Assembly: GCA_965112155.1 (NCBI GenBank)
Contig: OZ218100.1
DNA from: Podarcis liolepis
Taxonomy: Eukaryota
Reading direction: 5' to 3' (one strand)
DNA length: 64,000 bases
In this document: positions 1 to 11,800 of the stretch, piece after piece
Position numbering within the stretch: the first letter of the stretch is position 1
How the letters are laid out: every line of letters begins with the position of its first letter
The notes under the pieces: model-generated
Seen by the model: the letters and a program-made list of their open reading frames with translations, nothing else
What the model was told of the DNA's origin: nothing
The model's database searches: none
Program-made: the position numbers and the translations under genes

Positions 1-544
1 TGTGGGAATGTGATAACTGCCTGACAGGAAATGTCTAAGCAGTGCCATGTGGGAAATGGTTGACTGAACCTCACTCTTTGGACAAAGAAACCTTCTGCTA
101 ACTATTGTCATTCATGTCTTGGTGGCCTCTAGATTAGATTAATTTAATGAGCTCTAATTGGGCCTGGGCTTAAAAACAATCCAGAACTTTGGTTCAGAAT
201 TGGCTCATTCAACTATGGATGGGTTTAACCCGGCGCGGTGATATTACACCCATTCTGAAGCAGCTACTTTGACTCCCAATTTGTTTCAAGGCCCAGTTTT
301 GCTGCTTTACACCCTTAGTGCAAGGTGACTCAAGCTTTATGGAATTGGCTTCCAATCAAACAAGCACCTAATATTTTAGCTTGTAGGAGGTTGTTGAACA
401 CTTGTTTTTTGTTTTTAAAAAGGGCTTTCCCTGAAGAGTGTATACTAGGTAGAGTTTTGTAATTTGATGCTTCTAAATCATGTTTTTAGATTGTTATGTA
501 TTTTTATTTCTAATAGATAACGTTGGGCTTTTAAATATATATAT

Positions 545-546
545 GT

Positions 547-580
<34 letters not shown>
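545..580. repeat. (TG)n microsatellite
   Basis: Direct reading. Confidence 0.95.
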
Positions 581-1794
581 TGAGCACTGCTTCAGAAGCA
601 TTCATTGGGAAGTGGTTTCTAAATCCTTAAAGAAAATAAAGAAATGAAAGTGCCCCTTTCCCCTTAGAGACCTAAAATAAATGGGCTTTATAGCAACTTG
701 GCCTCTAATGCAGCAGGTGCAAGCAGCTACTCTCTGAGGCCCGCCCCTCAACCATCAGTTTTGCTCCATCATATTTCAACACCAGTTCCTTGAATGTCGC
801 TTCTTGGACTCTCCCTGAATAGATCATGATTTAAGTATGGCAGCCAGCAGAAATGGGAAGCTGATTTTTTGGTGACTTGTTTTAAGACGGTGAGAAGGAA
901 CTGAATGCCACAGCATTCTCTCCACTCATGAACCGACATCTGGAGTCCTGCTGCCACCAACAGTTGAGGTGGAACGTAGCCCTTGAGGCTAGCGGAGATG
1001 GACAGCCTTATCCTCCACGAATTTGTGGACTCCTCTTTGAAAACCATCCAAGTTGGTGGCCATCTTGTGGGAGAGGATTTCGTAGTTTAATCGTGGACTG
1101 TGTGAAGCAGTCCTTACTTCTGTCAGTGGGAAAGAGAGCACCGCCATCAAGATTAGTTGTCACTGATAGTCTTGAGCTCGTCAGCTTAAAAGGTTATATC
1201 CCAAATAAATCAGCAGCACTACCCTGGACTCATAGGAGCCAACTCCTAGAGGCTGAGGGGTCTTTGGTTCCCCCTGTAAAATATTCGAGGGGGTCGGGCC
1301 CCCCCAATTAATGGACATTGCCTTTCAAATGGTGTGTGCGCACCGCCTCATTTGGGTCGGGGCTTACCTGCCCCCCCATGTGTTATTCAAATTGGCATCC
1401 CTGCTTGGACTGACTTTTACTGTTACTTTGCATTCCTTTTATCTGAATCTGTTGCTCTACCTCCTATTCTTCAATTAACTCACAAACATCCATTTCTTTG
1501 AAAAGAGATGAATGAGGTAGATAAACTGGAGTGGTAAGACCAGGGAAATACTTCTTAAAATACAGGGAGAGACTCTTGGACCTTTCCTAGCCGTGCACAA
1601 GGAAAATGGCAGCAGCTATAACTTGTTCATGCAGCAATATGACAAGGCAAGCCATACCTATCTTCTTCAAAGGGGCCAGAACCTGTTACCTCACATTACT
1701 TTGCTCTTTTCCCTCTGGGATTGTTTGTGTGATGGACTGTAACAAGGGCAGCCAAGATGGTGCTCTCATAATATTTTGGGGGTTTTTTTATATA

Positions 1795-2232
1795 AATATT
1801 TTTTATTAATTTTCCAATATACATTTATAATATCCAATCTAAATTTATCACATATTTTCTCTTTTGGACTTCCTTCAGCCTCTCTAACAATCATCCATTA
1901 TTCAATTTTTTAATTACACATTTCCTAATTTTTATATTGCATTTTATATACCTACACCCTCTTATTTTTCTTCAACACAATCTTCCTCAAACATTCACAG
2001 AGCTTCTTGAAATCCCACTAGCGTTGTTTGCTCCTCACATATACATTTCAAATAATCTGAAAATTTCCCCCAATCTTCGATGAACTTTTGGTCACGTAAA
2101 TATCTGATCTTCCCCGTTAGTTTATCTAATTCTGCATAGTCCATCAGTTTCATTCTCCATTCTTCTAACGTCGGTAGTTGTTCCTGTTTCCATTTTTGGG
2201 CCAGTAGTATTCTCGCTGCAGTTGCGGTGCTC
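1795..2232 (-). mobile_element. L1-type LINE 3' fragment (ORF2 C-terminus plus 3'UTR)
   Basis: Encodes TATAARILLAQKWKQEQLPTLEEWRMKLMDYAELDKLT...; homologous to the peptide at 42272-42542; A-rich tail. Confidence 0.75.
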
Positions 2233-3044
2233 TCATAATATTTTGGACTGCCACCTCCCATCATCCCTGACCATTGCCCATGCTGGCCAGGACTGATGGG
2301 AGTTGTAGTCCAACAACATTGAGAAGGCATCCCATTGGCTACCCTGGACTGTAAGAAAGGGCAGAAATATCACTGTGTTGGACCTATTAAATTTCACTAT
2401 GCACTGAGTTCTGCAAAGCTTCTTTTTCACTTCCTTTCAGTCTTTTTCAGTTTTCAGAAAAGTGTATTGAGTGACCTGATCAGCTTTGTGAGTATCGACT
2501 CATATTACTACTGTCTTTTATTAATTTGATCCAACTATGTGGCGGCAAAGAACTCTAAAGGGCAGTTGTCCTTTTTCAAAACTATGCTCACTGTGTTGCA
2601 TGCTGATTTTCAGTGTGTGCTTTCACGTTGTGGAGTTAAGTGGGAGACTGAATAGTTTTCCTTATTCCTGTTACAAACCATCTGTGAAAACATTTAGGCT
2701 TCACATATCTCACTCTCATTTATATCCCAGCTTTTGGAGCTCAAGGTCGTGCAGTGTTCTTCAGCTTCTTTATGCCACACAACAGCCCTATGAAGTGGGT
2801 TAGACCAAGAGAGACACTGACTGGCCAAAGGTCATCCAGTTCGTTTCATGACTGAGCAAGGATTTGAACCCTGCTCTTCCAGGTCACAGTCTACACCCCA
2901 CTGATGTTTCCTCTTGTGCTGTGTCTCAGTGTAGATGAAGGTCATCAAAGATGTTGGTAGCTGTTGAACTATGTTCAGTATTCATTAATTGAAATATCAT
3001 TTGCTGGGGTGGGCTGGGGTCCTATCTCTTCCCCAACAAATCCC

Positions 3045-3290
3045 CAATACCTTGGTTTTTGAACAGCTTAGTTCTCAAACGTTTTGGCTCCTGGACGCTG
3101 CAAACCCAGAAGTGACTGTTTCGGTTTGTGAACTATTTGTGGAAGCCAAATGCCCAATGGCTTCCATGGCTTCTGATTGCCTGCAAGAGCTTCCTGCAGC
3201 CAAACAGAAGCTGCACTTCGGTTTTCAAATATTTCAGAAGTGGAGCGGACTTCTGGAACGGATTCCATCCAACTTCCAAGATACAAGTGC
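3045..3290. mobile_element. Degenerate Tc1/mariner-type MITE (same family as 11935-12185)
   Basis: Colinear similarity to 11935-12185; termini eroded. Confidence 0.65.
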
Positions 3291-4425
3291 ATTAGTTTTT
3301 TTATCAGTAGCGTCAATGCATTTACCAAAGAGAATTAGATGTACTGCTGGATAAGTGTTTGATGGTTCTTGCATTTGTTTAAAAACCAATAAAAATCGGT
3401 TATAAAAAGGTGTTTTTAATTTGTTTATTCAATTTAATTATTGTGAGTGGTATCCAACATTCATGTTCTGGTAGTGCAAGAGGTTTTAACGTTTTTGGAT
3501 CCACACAGTTGCAAACGTTTTCATGTGTGGTGGTGTTTGCGAGGGACGTATTCGTAGACTTCACAGAACAGAGTAAAATTCACAAAATGTGAGGTTATCT
3601 GGAGCTGAGGCATAAGTTGACGGACTAACCTACATTTCCCTCTGCTGACCTATAGCTAGAAAAGCCACTGTCACACTGTGAGGCACCTGTTGTGGTTGTG
3701 AAACCAATTACAGGCTCGCAAATTGCTGTGTAAATTTTGAAACATCCCATAAATCCAACTTAGCCGGCTCCTGCCAATGTCACTAAATGCCACTCTTGCT
3801 GCTGACAACGTGGTTCCCATAGTAACAAGGTGTTTTGGGAGGGAGGCAAAGGGGATCTAAGAAGGCAGAGACCGGCGAACAAAAGGCAAATTGTAGTTGA
3901 CTGAGCCCAATTGAGAACAGCCAAATAATAGCACCCTGTGAGGTACTATAAAGTAGTTTACTGCTGCAAGGTCTGAAACATTCTCATCCCAGACTTGTAT
4001 TAATAAAATTTTATAGCGCGAGCACACCTCAGTTTATTTGAAAATAGGTACGGTTCTGGAAACTGGGGAAATCTGAATGTCTTTAGGATTTGATATATGT
4101 AGCATTTCCAAACCCTCAGAAGCGATCCCTCACAGAGCTACAACTCCCGGCATCTTGAACAAACAACAGTTCTCAGGATTATTTGGGGGAAGTTGTGTGC
4201 ATTAAATGTGCATTTAATGGATGTATCAGTGGTATGGGCAATGCCCTCAATGTAGTCTTGTTCTAGCAAAGGGGCTAAACAAGCCAAAACTGGAAGGAAA
4301 TTTCAGCTAGAAAAGGCAGCTTCTGATGACGGGGAAGGAGAAACTTCTGGTGGCAAAAATAAAAGAATAGATCTCCCATACAGAGGGATCTGTGGCCTCT
4401 TAAAATCAGGGGCTGCAATCCTATA

Positions 4426-4667
4426 CAGTGGCACCTCAGGTTACATACGCTTCAGGTTACATATGCTTCAGGTTACAGACTCCGCTAACCCAGAAATAGT
4501 GCTTCAGGTCAAGAACTTTGCTTCAGGATGAGAACAGAAATTGTGCTCCGGCAGCGTGGCAGCAGCAGGAGGCCCCATTAGCTAAAGTGGTGCTTCAGGT
4601 TAAGAACAGTTTCAGGTTAAGAACGGGCCTGCGGAACAAATTAAGTACTTAACCCGAGGTACCACTG
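4426..4667 (+). mobile_element. Tc1/mariner (pogo/Tigger-like) MITE, about 230-bp family (orientation A)
   Basis: TIR CAGTGG(T/C)ACCTC...GAGGTACCACTG, TA on both flanks; near-identical copies elsewhere in the window. Confidence 0.9.
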
Positions 4668-5235
4668 TACTCACTGTCCTGGCCATAAATCTCTTTGGAC
4701 TGAAGTATGGGACTAACATCTCAGTAGACACGTCTAGGCATTCACTCCATATATTCAAACTGATTTAAGGTCATATTGCATTTGTTAGCGCAGTGTAGTT
4801 GTGCTTTCTGTGCATATTATTGAGAAGCAAGAATATCTATTTTAGTAAAGTGTGTTGCCAGGTCAGCACTTTTAAGATCACCGCTCAGGTCAAAATAAGG
4901 ACAATTGTACTGGTTTACATGGCTCTGTTTACGAGCTGCAGTCGGCATTTTTCAGTAGCTGACCCAATGCGCTGAAACCATGCAAAACATTGCACCCAAG
5001 AGAGGAATGTAAGCGAGGGACTTCACTGGTCCTTCCCTCCAGTACATGAACCACTGAAAAGGACCCGAAGAGCCAATGTATAGAGAAGAGCAACTCTCTA
5101 TGAGTGTGTTATGCATCTTATAACATGAATGTGCCTATGCACTCTTTAGGAAAGGGAACCTATTCTCTGATGTGACAAATTCAGTCCGCCTTCTTTTCTA
5201 TAAAGTGAGGGGAACAGCACTACAACATCAGCAAC

Positions 5236-5241
5236 TTTATT
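5236..5241 (-). terminator. Candidate GCM1 polyadenylation signal AATAAA
   Basis: First minus-strand AATAAA I found after the stop, about 225 nt downstream, followed by GT-rich sequence; more distal candidates at about 4033 and 3424. Confidence 0.4.
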
Positions 5242-5255
5242 TGCCTCAACTATAA

Positions 5256-5370
5256 GCATGAGTTTGACCAAACTGCGGGAGGCAGTGGAAGACAGGAGTG
5301 CCTGGCGTGCTCTGGTCCATGGGGTCACAAAGAGTCGGACACGACTAAACGACTAAACAACAACAAAAAA
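5256..5370 (+). mobile_element. RTE-BovB LINE 3' end, in the presumptive GCM1 3'UTR
   Basis: GCCTGGCGTGCT...GTCCATGGGGTCACAAAGAGTCGGACACGACT followed by a (CAA)n tail, the characteristic BovB 3' terminus. Confidence 0.85.
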
Positions 5371-5464
5371 GCATAAGTAACCACCCGAGGTTCAGGATAG
5401 CAGACAATCCGTGGCACTGCCAAGAGATACAGAGGAGGTGAGCGACAACGGAAAGGTGTCAGTG

Positions 5465-6199
5465 TCATCGCAAAGGGAAGAAGTTAAGAAACATCTCATT
5501 GTTGCAGTGGTCCAGATTTGTGTATTTCCTTTCTTCTTCAAAGTGCCACTCATTTCCTTTCAGGGGCAAGGAGCTCTGGTAATAGTGATGGGCAGCGTCT
5601 GCAATGAGGCAGGGCTCCTCTGGAGAGATCGGGCAGCAGGAGGAAGGAGCGTGGTTGCTGTTATAATGCAGGTGTGGCTTTCCTTCATACATGCCTTCTC
5701 CTCCGAATGTACCTACGTTAGATCTGAAGGACTGGTAGCCAACTTTTGCCATCGGGTCCCACTTGGTTGGAGCATGCTGGATGCCTGCATCAACCGCACT
5801 TATGGAAGCCAGGGTTTCACAGTGTAGACCCGCCAGGGCTGTCGGAGAGCCACTGCAGTATTTCTCTGCTAATGGGTTTCTTCCCAGGCCCACAGTCTTA
5901 TTCCAGGTTTGTTGCTCTCTGTATTCAGAATATGCAAATACTGAGGGTTCAGCTGGGCCTCTGTAGCTATATTCTCTGCTTCTGATCTGTTTGCACCTGT
6001 CCAGGTATTTGCTGCAGTCTACGTCCGGAGTGTGCTCTATTAGATAAGAGGATTTTCTTGAACTGTACCCTTTGGCAAGAGACAAGCAATCATTCAACAC
6101 CTGCTCTTGTCCCAAGAAGGTACTTTGTGACATAAGGTCTTCCTGTTTGGAGACTATTAATGGCAAAGTGTCCTGGTTTGGCTTCTCACCTGTCAGGGA
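5465..6199 (-). CDS. GCM1: GCM1 terminal coding exon (exon 6), transactivation region, ends ...FLNFFPLR-stop
   Basis: Acceptor TTTTTCTCTCTTAAG|TCC; 244 open codons continuing into track ORF 5465..6166; TGA at 5467-5465. Confidence 0.92.
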   Translation of the reverse strand, partial: SLTGEKPNQDTLPLIVSKQEDLMSQSTFLGQEQVLNDCLSLAKGYSSRKSSYLIEHTPDVDCSKYLDRCKQIRSREYSYRGPAEPSVFAYSEYREQQTWNKTVGLGRNPLAEKYCSGSPTALAGLHCETLASISAVDAGIQHAPTKWDPMAKVGYQSFRSNVGTFGGEGMYEGKPHLHYNSNHAPSSCCPISPEEPCLIADAAHHYYQSSLPLKGNEWHFEEERKYTNLDHCNNEMFLNFFPLR

Positions 6200-8792
6200 C
6201 TTAAGAGAGAAAAATGCATCATAATATCATGCAGCCAAACAAAAAGCCCTCTTAATTTCTCAGATTGATACTATTGAACTAGAAGGCTGCAGCTAAAGGA
6301 CTTTAGCTCGGTTGTTCAACTCTGTATGTGAAATTCATCGACCTTGTTTTCCCTTTTTGCCCCCTTAAGGTTGCCAGGTCACAAAGTAGCAGATTTCTCT
6401 TAGCCTGACATGCCTATGCAGGGCCATCCCAGGATATTCTACCGCTTGAGGCAAAGTAGAAAATGGCGTTCCCCCTGCTACTTCCTTCTCTACCCGCACT
6501 CTTCCACCTCCACCTGAGGGGACCAGAGGCAGCCCAGGGAAGCCCTGGTGCACTGAAGGTGGTGGGGAAGAAAAAAGGAGTCCAGAGAGGAGCAAATGGA
6601 ATTGGGGAGGTGGGAGCAGAGGAGACAGGTAACAAATGCAGGAGGTAGCATGCTGTGTGCTCCTCAGAGGCCTGGATCTGTGACCCCTCACAGCTGGCCT
6701 CAACCTGCCACCCGATACAACTGCCTCACCGAGCCTCAGGGGTGGGCCAGTCCTGTTCCTATGTCCTTATGCTTTTCTCTCTTGCAAACCTTATGGTTCT
6801 CAATCTTGCAAACAGTGCACAGCTCCTCCTAGCTCTTAGGCCAAGGATGGGGAACCTGAGCAAATTAAGCAGTAGCTCTCCAGATGTTTAGACAAGAATG
6901 CCATCAACCCCAGTCAATATCCCCAGTCAGGGATAATGTAATTCAACAACATCTGGAGGGCCACTAGTTCCTCACCCCGTCTTCATCTATGGGAATTTTG
7001 CTCCACTTCTACTTGGCCCCTCTTTTATTTAATTTCATGTCTCTACTGAATATTTGTTTCCTCAGGCCACTGCCTACTTTGCTCAAGTGTCACTTAGTAG
7101 CTGGGACAGTTGACCAGTTCTTCTAGCACTCTGTTTTCTCTCCAACCAAACCATGCAGCCCCTTCTCACTTTTAACACAGCTATGTTTATCCAGCATCAC
7201 CTCTCTGTTTTATTAGTTCTTCCTTGCCTTCAATCCCTTTCCTTAAGCTTCATTCTCATTTATCTTTCCTTCATCCCCCTCCCCCTTAGTACCTTTCATT
7301 CGGTTTCCCTTCCTCTGGGCTCTTCCTTCGTTATCTTCCCTACAGTGGTCCTTGTTCATCCTCTGTGTGAGAGTTTTTAATCCCAGCCAAACTGACAACT
7401 CTCCCTTCCCTCACAGAAACTAGACTGAAAATGATTTCCTTCCTTGAACAACTGGATATTCTGAACCGTCGCACAAGTTCAGCTTCACTGCCGCAGGCAC
7501 AAATAATAGAGACAGGTAGGAGCACCAACCAAATGGGCAAAGTGCTCCAGTTCAGGGTTCTGCCAGCCAGCCAAGCCCTCTTACAGAATACTCCATTGCA
7601 TCCCCTCTCCTCCCTCCCCCCACCAGATAGCATTCCCTGGCTAGTGACTGAGAATGCTCAGAGCTTTCTGGATATTTTTTCGGAAGGTTTTTGGGGTTTC
7701 TGCAAACCTTGGGGTTTTCCTAAGCCTGCTGATGCTCCTGCCTCATGTGTGGGTGATGCTGAATCAGCACTCACCCCCCAAAACATTGCTAATAGAGGGA
7801 ATTAAACAGTAAATATGATGTAGCATCACCACAAATTCTACAGTGCTGCTCATACAACTGACAGCTCTTCTTCCATGAACTGGAAAATTGCAATGTTGTG
7901 ATTTTCCAGTTTGCAGAAGAAGAAGAAGAAGAGTTTGGATTTGATATCCCGCCTTTCACTCCCCTTCAGGAGTCTCAAAGCGGCTAACAATCTCCTTTCC
8001 CTTCCTCCCCCACAACAAACACTCTGTGAGGTGAGTGGGGCTGAGAGACTTCACAGAAGTGTGACTGGCCCAAGGTCACCCAGCAGCTGCATGTGGAGGA
8101 GCGGAGACGCGAACCCGGTTACCCAGATTACGTGACTACCGCTCTTAACCACTACACCACACTGTAGTGTGGGGCGATCTTTTTTATGAATTAATTACTC
8201 CAATGTTACACTACTCATGTGGGTAAATCACTTGCATGAACAGCTGCTTTTGCAAAGTGTATTGCTTTTGCTAGTGTATTGTCACAAGTAACCCAGAGAT
8301 TCCAGGTCTGTTCCTTCCGCTCCAGCAGCTATGCAATGTAACCCAGAGAAACCCAGGGAGCCAAACAGTTCTCTAATCTAAAAAGGATTGCACCCCCTCA
8401 TCAGAACATATATTTTACAACTGCATAAATCAAAGTTATTTTGCCTGCATGTGGTTTGACCTACGTATGAAAAGAGACAAACGTGTCACTGCGGCTAGCA
8501 ACCTGTGTCTGGATTAGGGATGGCCAAGCCTATCAATTTCAGTCTTTCTCATTTTTCTCATTTTTCTCATTTTTCACATCTTCAGTTCTCCACATTTTAA
8601 GACAGTCTGCAAAGGCATAGCGTTTGCCTATATGGTTTGAACAAACACCAGTCATTTGCAAAACACCTCTCTTGGGCACAGAACAATGAATTTGCTTTGA
8701 ACACCACAGCTGTAGGATTATAACTGGGGGGAGTTTAATCCTCCACCCCCCAAAAAACACACATTGGGCCACTGATAAGAGACTTGCGGCTA

Positions 8793-8844
<52 letters not shown>

Positions 8845-11800
8845 CATATCAGTGTATTTTGATAATTAGTAGTAAATTACCGCTTGCAGAAATAAGACAT
8901 AGCAAAACACGCTTCTGCTGTATGGGGACTTTGTGAAGACATTTTGCTAGTGGCAAATTCTTTAGAGCCCATCCCTTTCTAAGTTAAAAAGTAATGTGAC
9001 ACTCCAAGGAAAATGTTGAAAATCCATCTAATTTTAGCCTGTTCTTTTTTTTTTAGGTCATGGAACATACTAGGGTAGTCTCCTTCCTTGTGCATAATTT
9101 AGGGGTGATTTCCCCCACTCCCTTTCCTAAGTTGCTCCACATCAGAAGTCAGTATTCTCTCACTTTGACAGCATTTACTGGTAGAAGTCAGAGAGATCAC
9201 TCAACTTGCTGCAGGTGCATTAAAGTGCAGTAAAACCCCATTGAAATTAACATAAATATAGATCAACGGGACTGAAGTTAGGTAAAATAATTTTAAACCT
9301 GCAGGCAACATATCTATATTGATACGGATATCTGTTTGTCAAGGCATTGAAAATGACGCACCATTTTCACAAAACCGAATTCTCATACCCAGCCTGTAGC
9401 TACGCCTAAGCATGTGTCACTGAAAAGCCAAGTAGGCTTAGTTAGACGCTTAGTTACAGTAGGTCAGCCTTCCCCAAGCTGGTGCCCTCCGTATGTTGTT
9501 GGAGTCTAGATCCCCCAATCAGCATCATCCATGGTCAGGGATGATGGAAGTGGTAGGGTTGCGGCATATCTTTAAAGCACTCTTATGCCACCGAAACCGT
9601 CATGGGTGCAGTTTAAGGGTGCTGCTTCCTAGACATACAATTCCCAGCACATGCAACAAACTACAGTGCCCAAGATTCTCCATTCCTGTTAAAAGTTGTC
9701 CAAGAGTGTTGTGGAAGTGACCACCAAAATCTGGAGGGCCACAGCTTTCCCTGCCCCTACTGTATTGCTACTCTGTTTGCCCAATCCCTTCTCTTCCTCC
9801 GTTGTTCCTCCAGTGTCTGAATTTAGAGTGTAAGCCCCTTGGGGCAGGGAACTGTTGTCCTCTACTCTGTCAAGCACCGTGCACACGATAGTTCACAGCT
9901 CTCGCACTGTCTGTACTCATATAAGACCCCCAAAAGTGAAGTACTTTATTTTTCCGTGTATAACATGACCCCATGTATCAGACGACCCCTATTTTTTGGA
10001 GCCCTCAATAGTTGTTGAGCTTCTTTTGTAAGTTCGCTGAGCTGTTGAGCAGTTTTTTTATGATCCCCCACTCTGGCTGACGGAACTGGTACCGTAATAC
10101 ACCGCATACTGGCGCTCACCAACTACTCTTCCTAAGCCGGGAAGAGCGGGTAAGCAGCCTCCTTTCCAACATTTCCCTGCTACCACCGCAGCACCAGCCC
10201 TCGCTTACTTAGCATATTAACCCGTGTATAAGACAACCCTCAATTTATCACAAAAAATTCAGGGGAAAAAGGTCATTTTATACATGGGAAAATACGGTAA
10301 TAATGAAACCTGAAGTCAGATTGAAAATACAGATACATGCAGGATACTGGCTTTTTATCCCAACATATATCCATATCTTCAACAACTTTCCAGTGTGACC
10401 AAGAAACAGAACCCAGGACAGGTGAAGAGTCACCAGGGGTAGAGAGCCCCCACTCTACCCCATGGTATCCCCAAATTACTATTTTCCATATGATTGAATG
10501 GTTGCTATTCACTCAGATGAGAGAATAGTACAGTGGTACCTTGGATTACAGACACTTCAGGTTACAGACTCCGCTAACCCAGAAATAGTACCTTGGGTTA
10601 ATAACTTTGCTTCAGGATGAGAACAGAAATAATGCAGCGGCAGTGGGAGGCCCCATTAGCTAAAGTGGTACCTCTGGTTAAGAACAGTTTCAGGTTAAGA
10701 ACGGACCTTTGGAATGAATTAAGTTCTTAACATGAGGTACCACTGTACACCACTGCAGTTGGGAGTACACTGCTACAGTGAGGGAGAAACCTGCCTAGCC
10801 CTCATTGATAGAGGTCCCTCAGCTGATACACTGCACAGCGCAGGGGTTCTTGCAGTCCTCGTTACCCTCCTTCAAGCCACCTGCCATAATGGCAGACATT
10901 TTGCTGCTAGTTAAAAAAACAAGCGTTTACCTCAGCATCTCTGCTCCGTTTAAGTCTCGGAGAACTTGGGGCGTGTGCTTTTTGTATCGATCGTCTCGCT
11001 TCGGCTTCCGATTTTGTTTCCGGCCTTGGATGATCGTGAGCCCCCTTTGACTTTATAACAGCAAGTGAAGAAGGCATAGGGGCATAAAACCACAAGGTAG
11101 TTTTCAACACAATGCTCGCTAGACAAGGGGTGTAAAATCCAAAATGGCTTCCCTGTCTCGTTGGATGTATAGCATAGCATAGGCTTTCTTCAGGCAACTC
11201 ATTACATTTTAGTTTAAAGTTTCAATTTAAATGGAAGTGGGTGGCCAAATTTGCTGAAATGGCAAAACCATCTCAAAAGATCCATGTACAGAATAGGTTA
11301 TTCTGCAGGGGAAATCTGGCTTCATAGACTAGTCAAAATTGGTGATTTTATCCTGAAACTGGTCATTGACCGCAATAAAACAACTTTATACTTAGTCAAA
11401 ATTAAGAGCCTGGTCATCTATAAAGACACAGGAATGATAATCTGAGTTTTCTATTTCTATTTCTAATTCTATTTTTTACTCCTATTTTCCCCGGAAGGTT
11501 ATGTGACTGAATTCTGACATACCTTTTTGAAATTCTATCTTGGAGGAAAATGCTACCATGATTTCCATGATGATTCCCATGTGGATGTTTAGTTGTCTTC
11601 TACATTCATATACCAAGGCTCATACCAATAGCTCATTTTTGCCTGTTTGTGACTGCAGTGCTCTGCATGCCATGGTGTTGACCTTTAAAGCCCTAAACAA
11701 CCTCGGCCCTGTGTACCTAAAGGAGCATCTCCACCTCCATTGTTCAGCTTGGACAGTGAGGTCCAGCTCCAAGGGCTTTCTGACAGTTCCTTCATTGTGA

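Noticed and set aside
1-3600. FBXO9 exons (expected neighbour by synteny) or a gene in ORF 928..1311
   Set aside because: No recognisable FBXO9 peptide or spliced frame was found; this could at most be UTR or intergenic DNA.
5411-5985. Plus-strand ORFs overlapping the GCM1 last exon
   Set aside because: Antisense shadows of coding sequence with no independent support.
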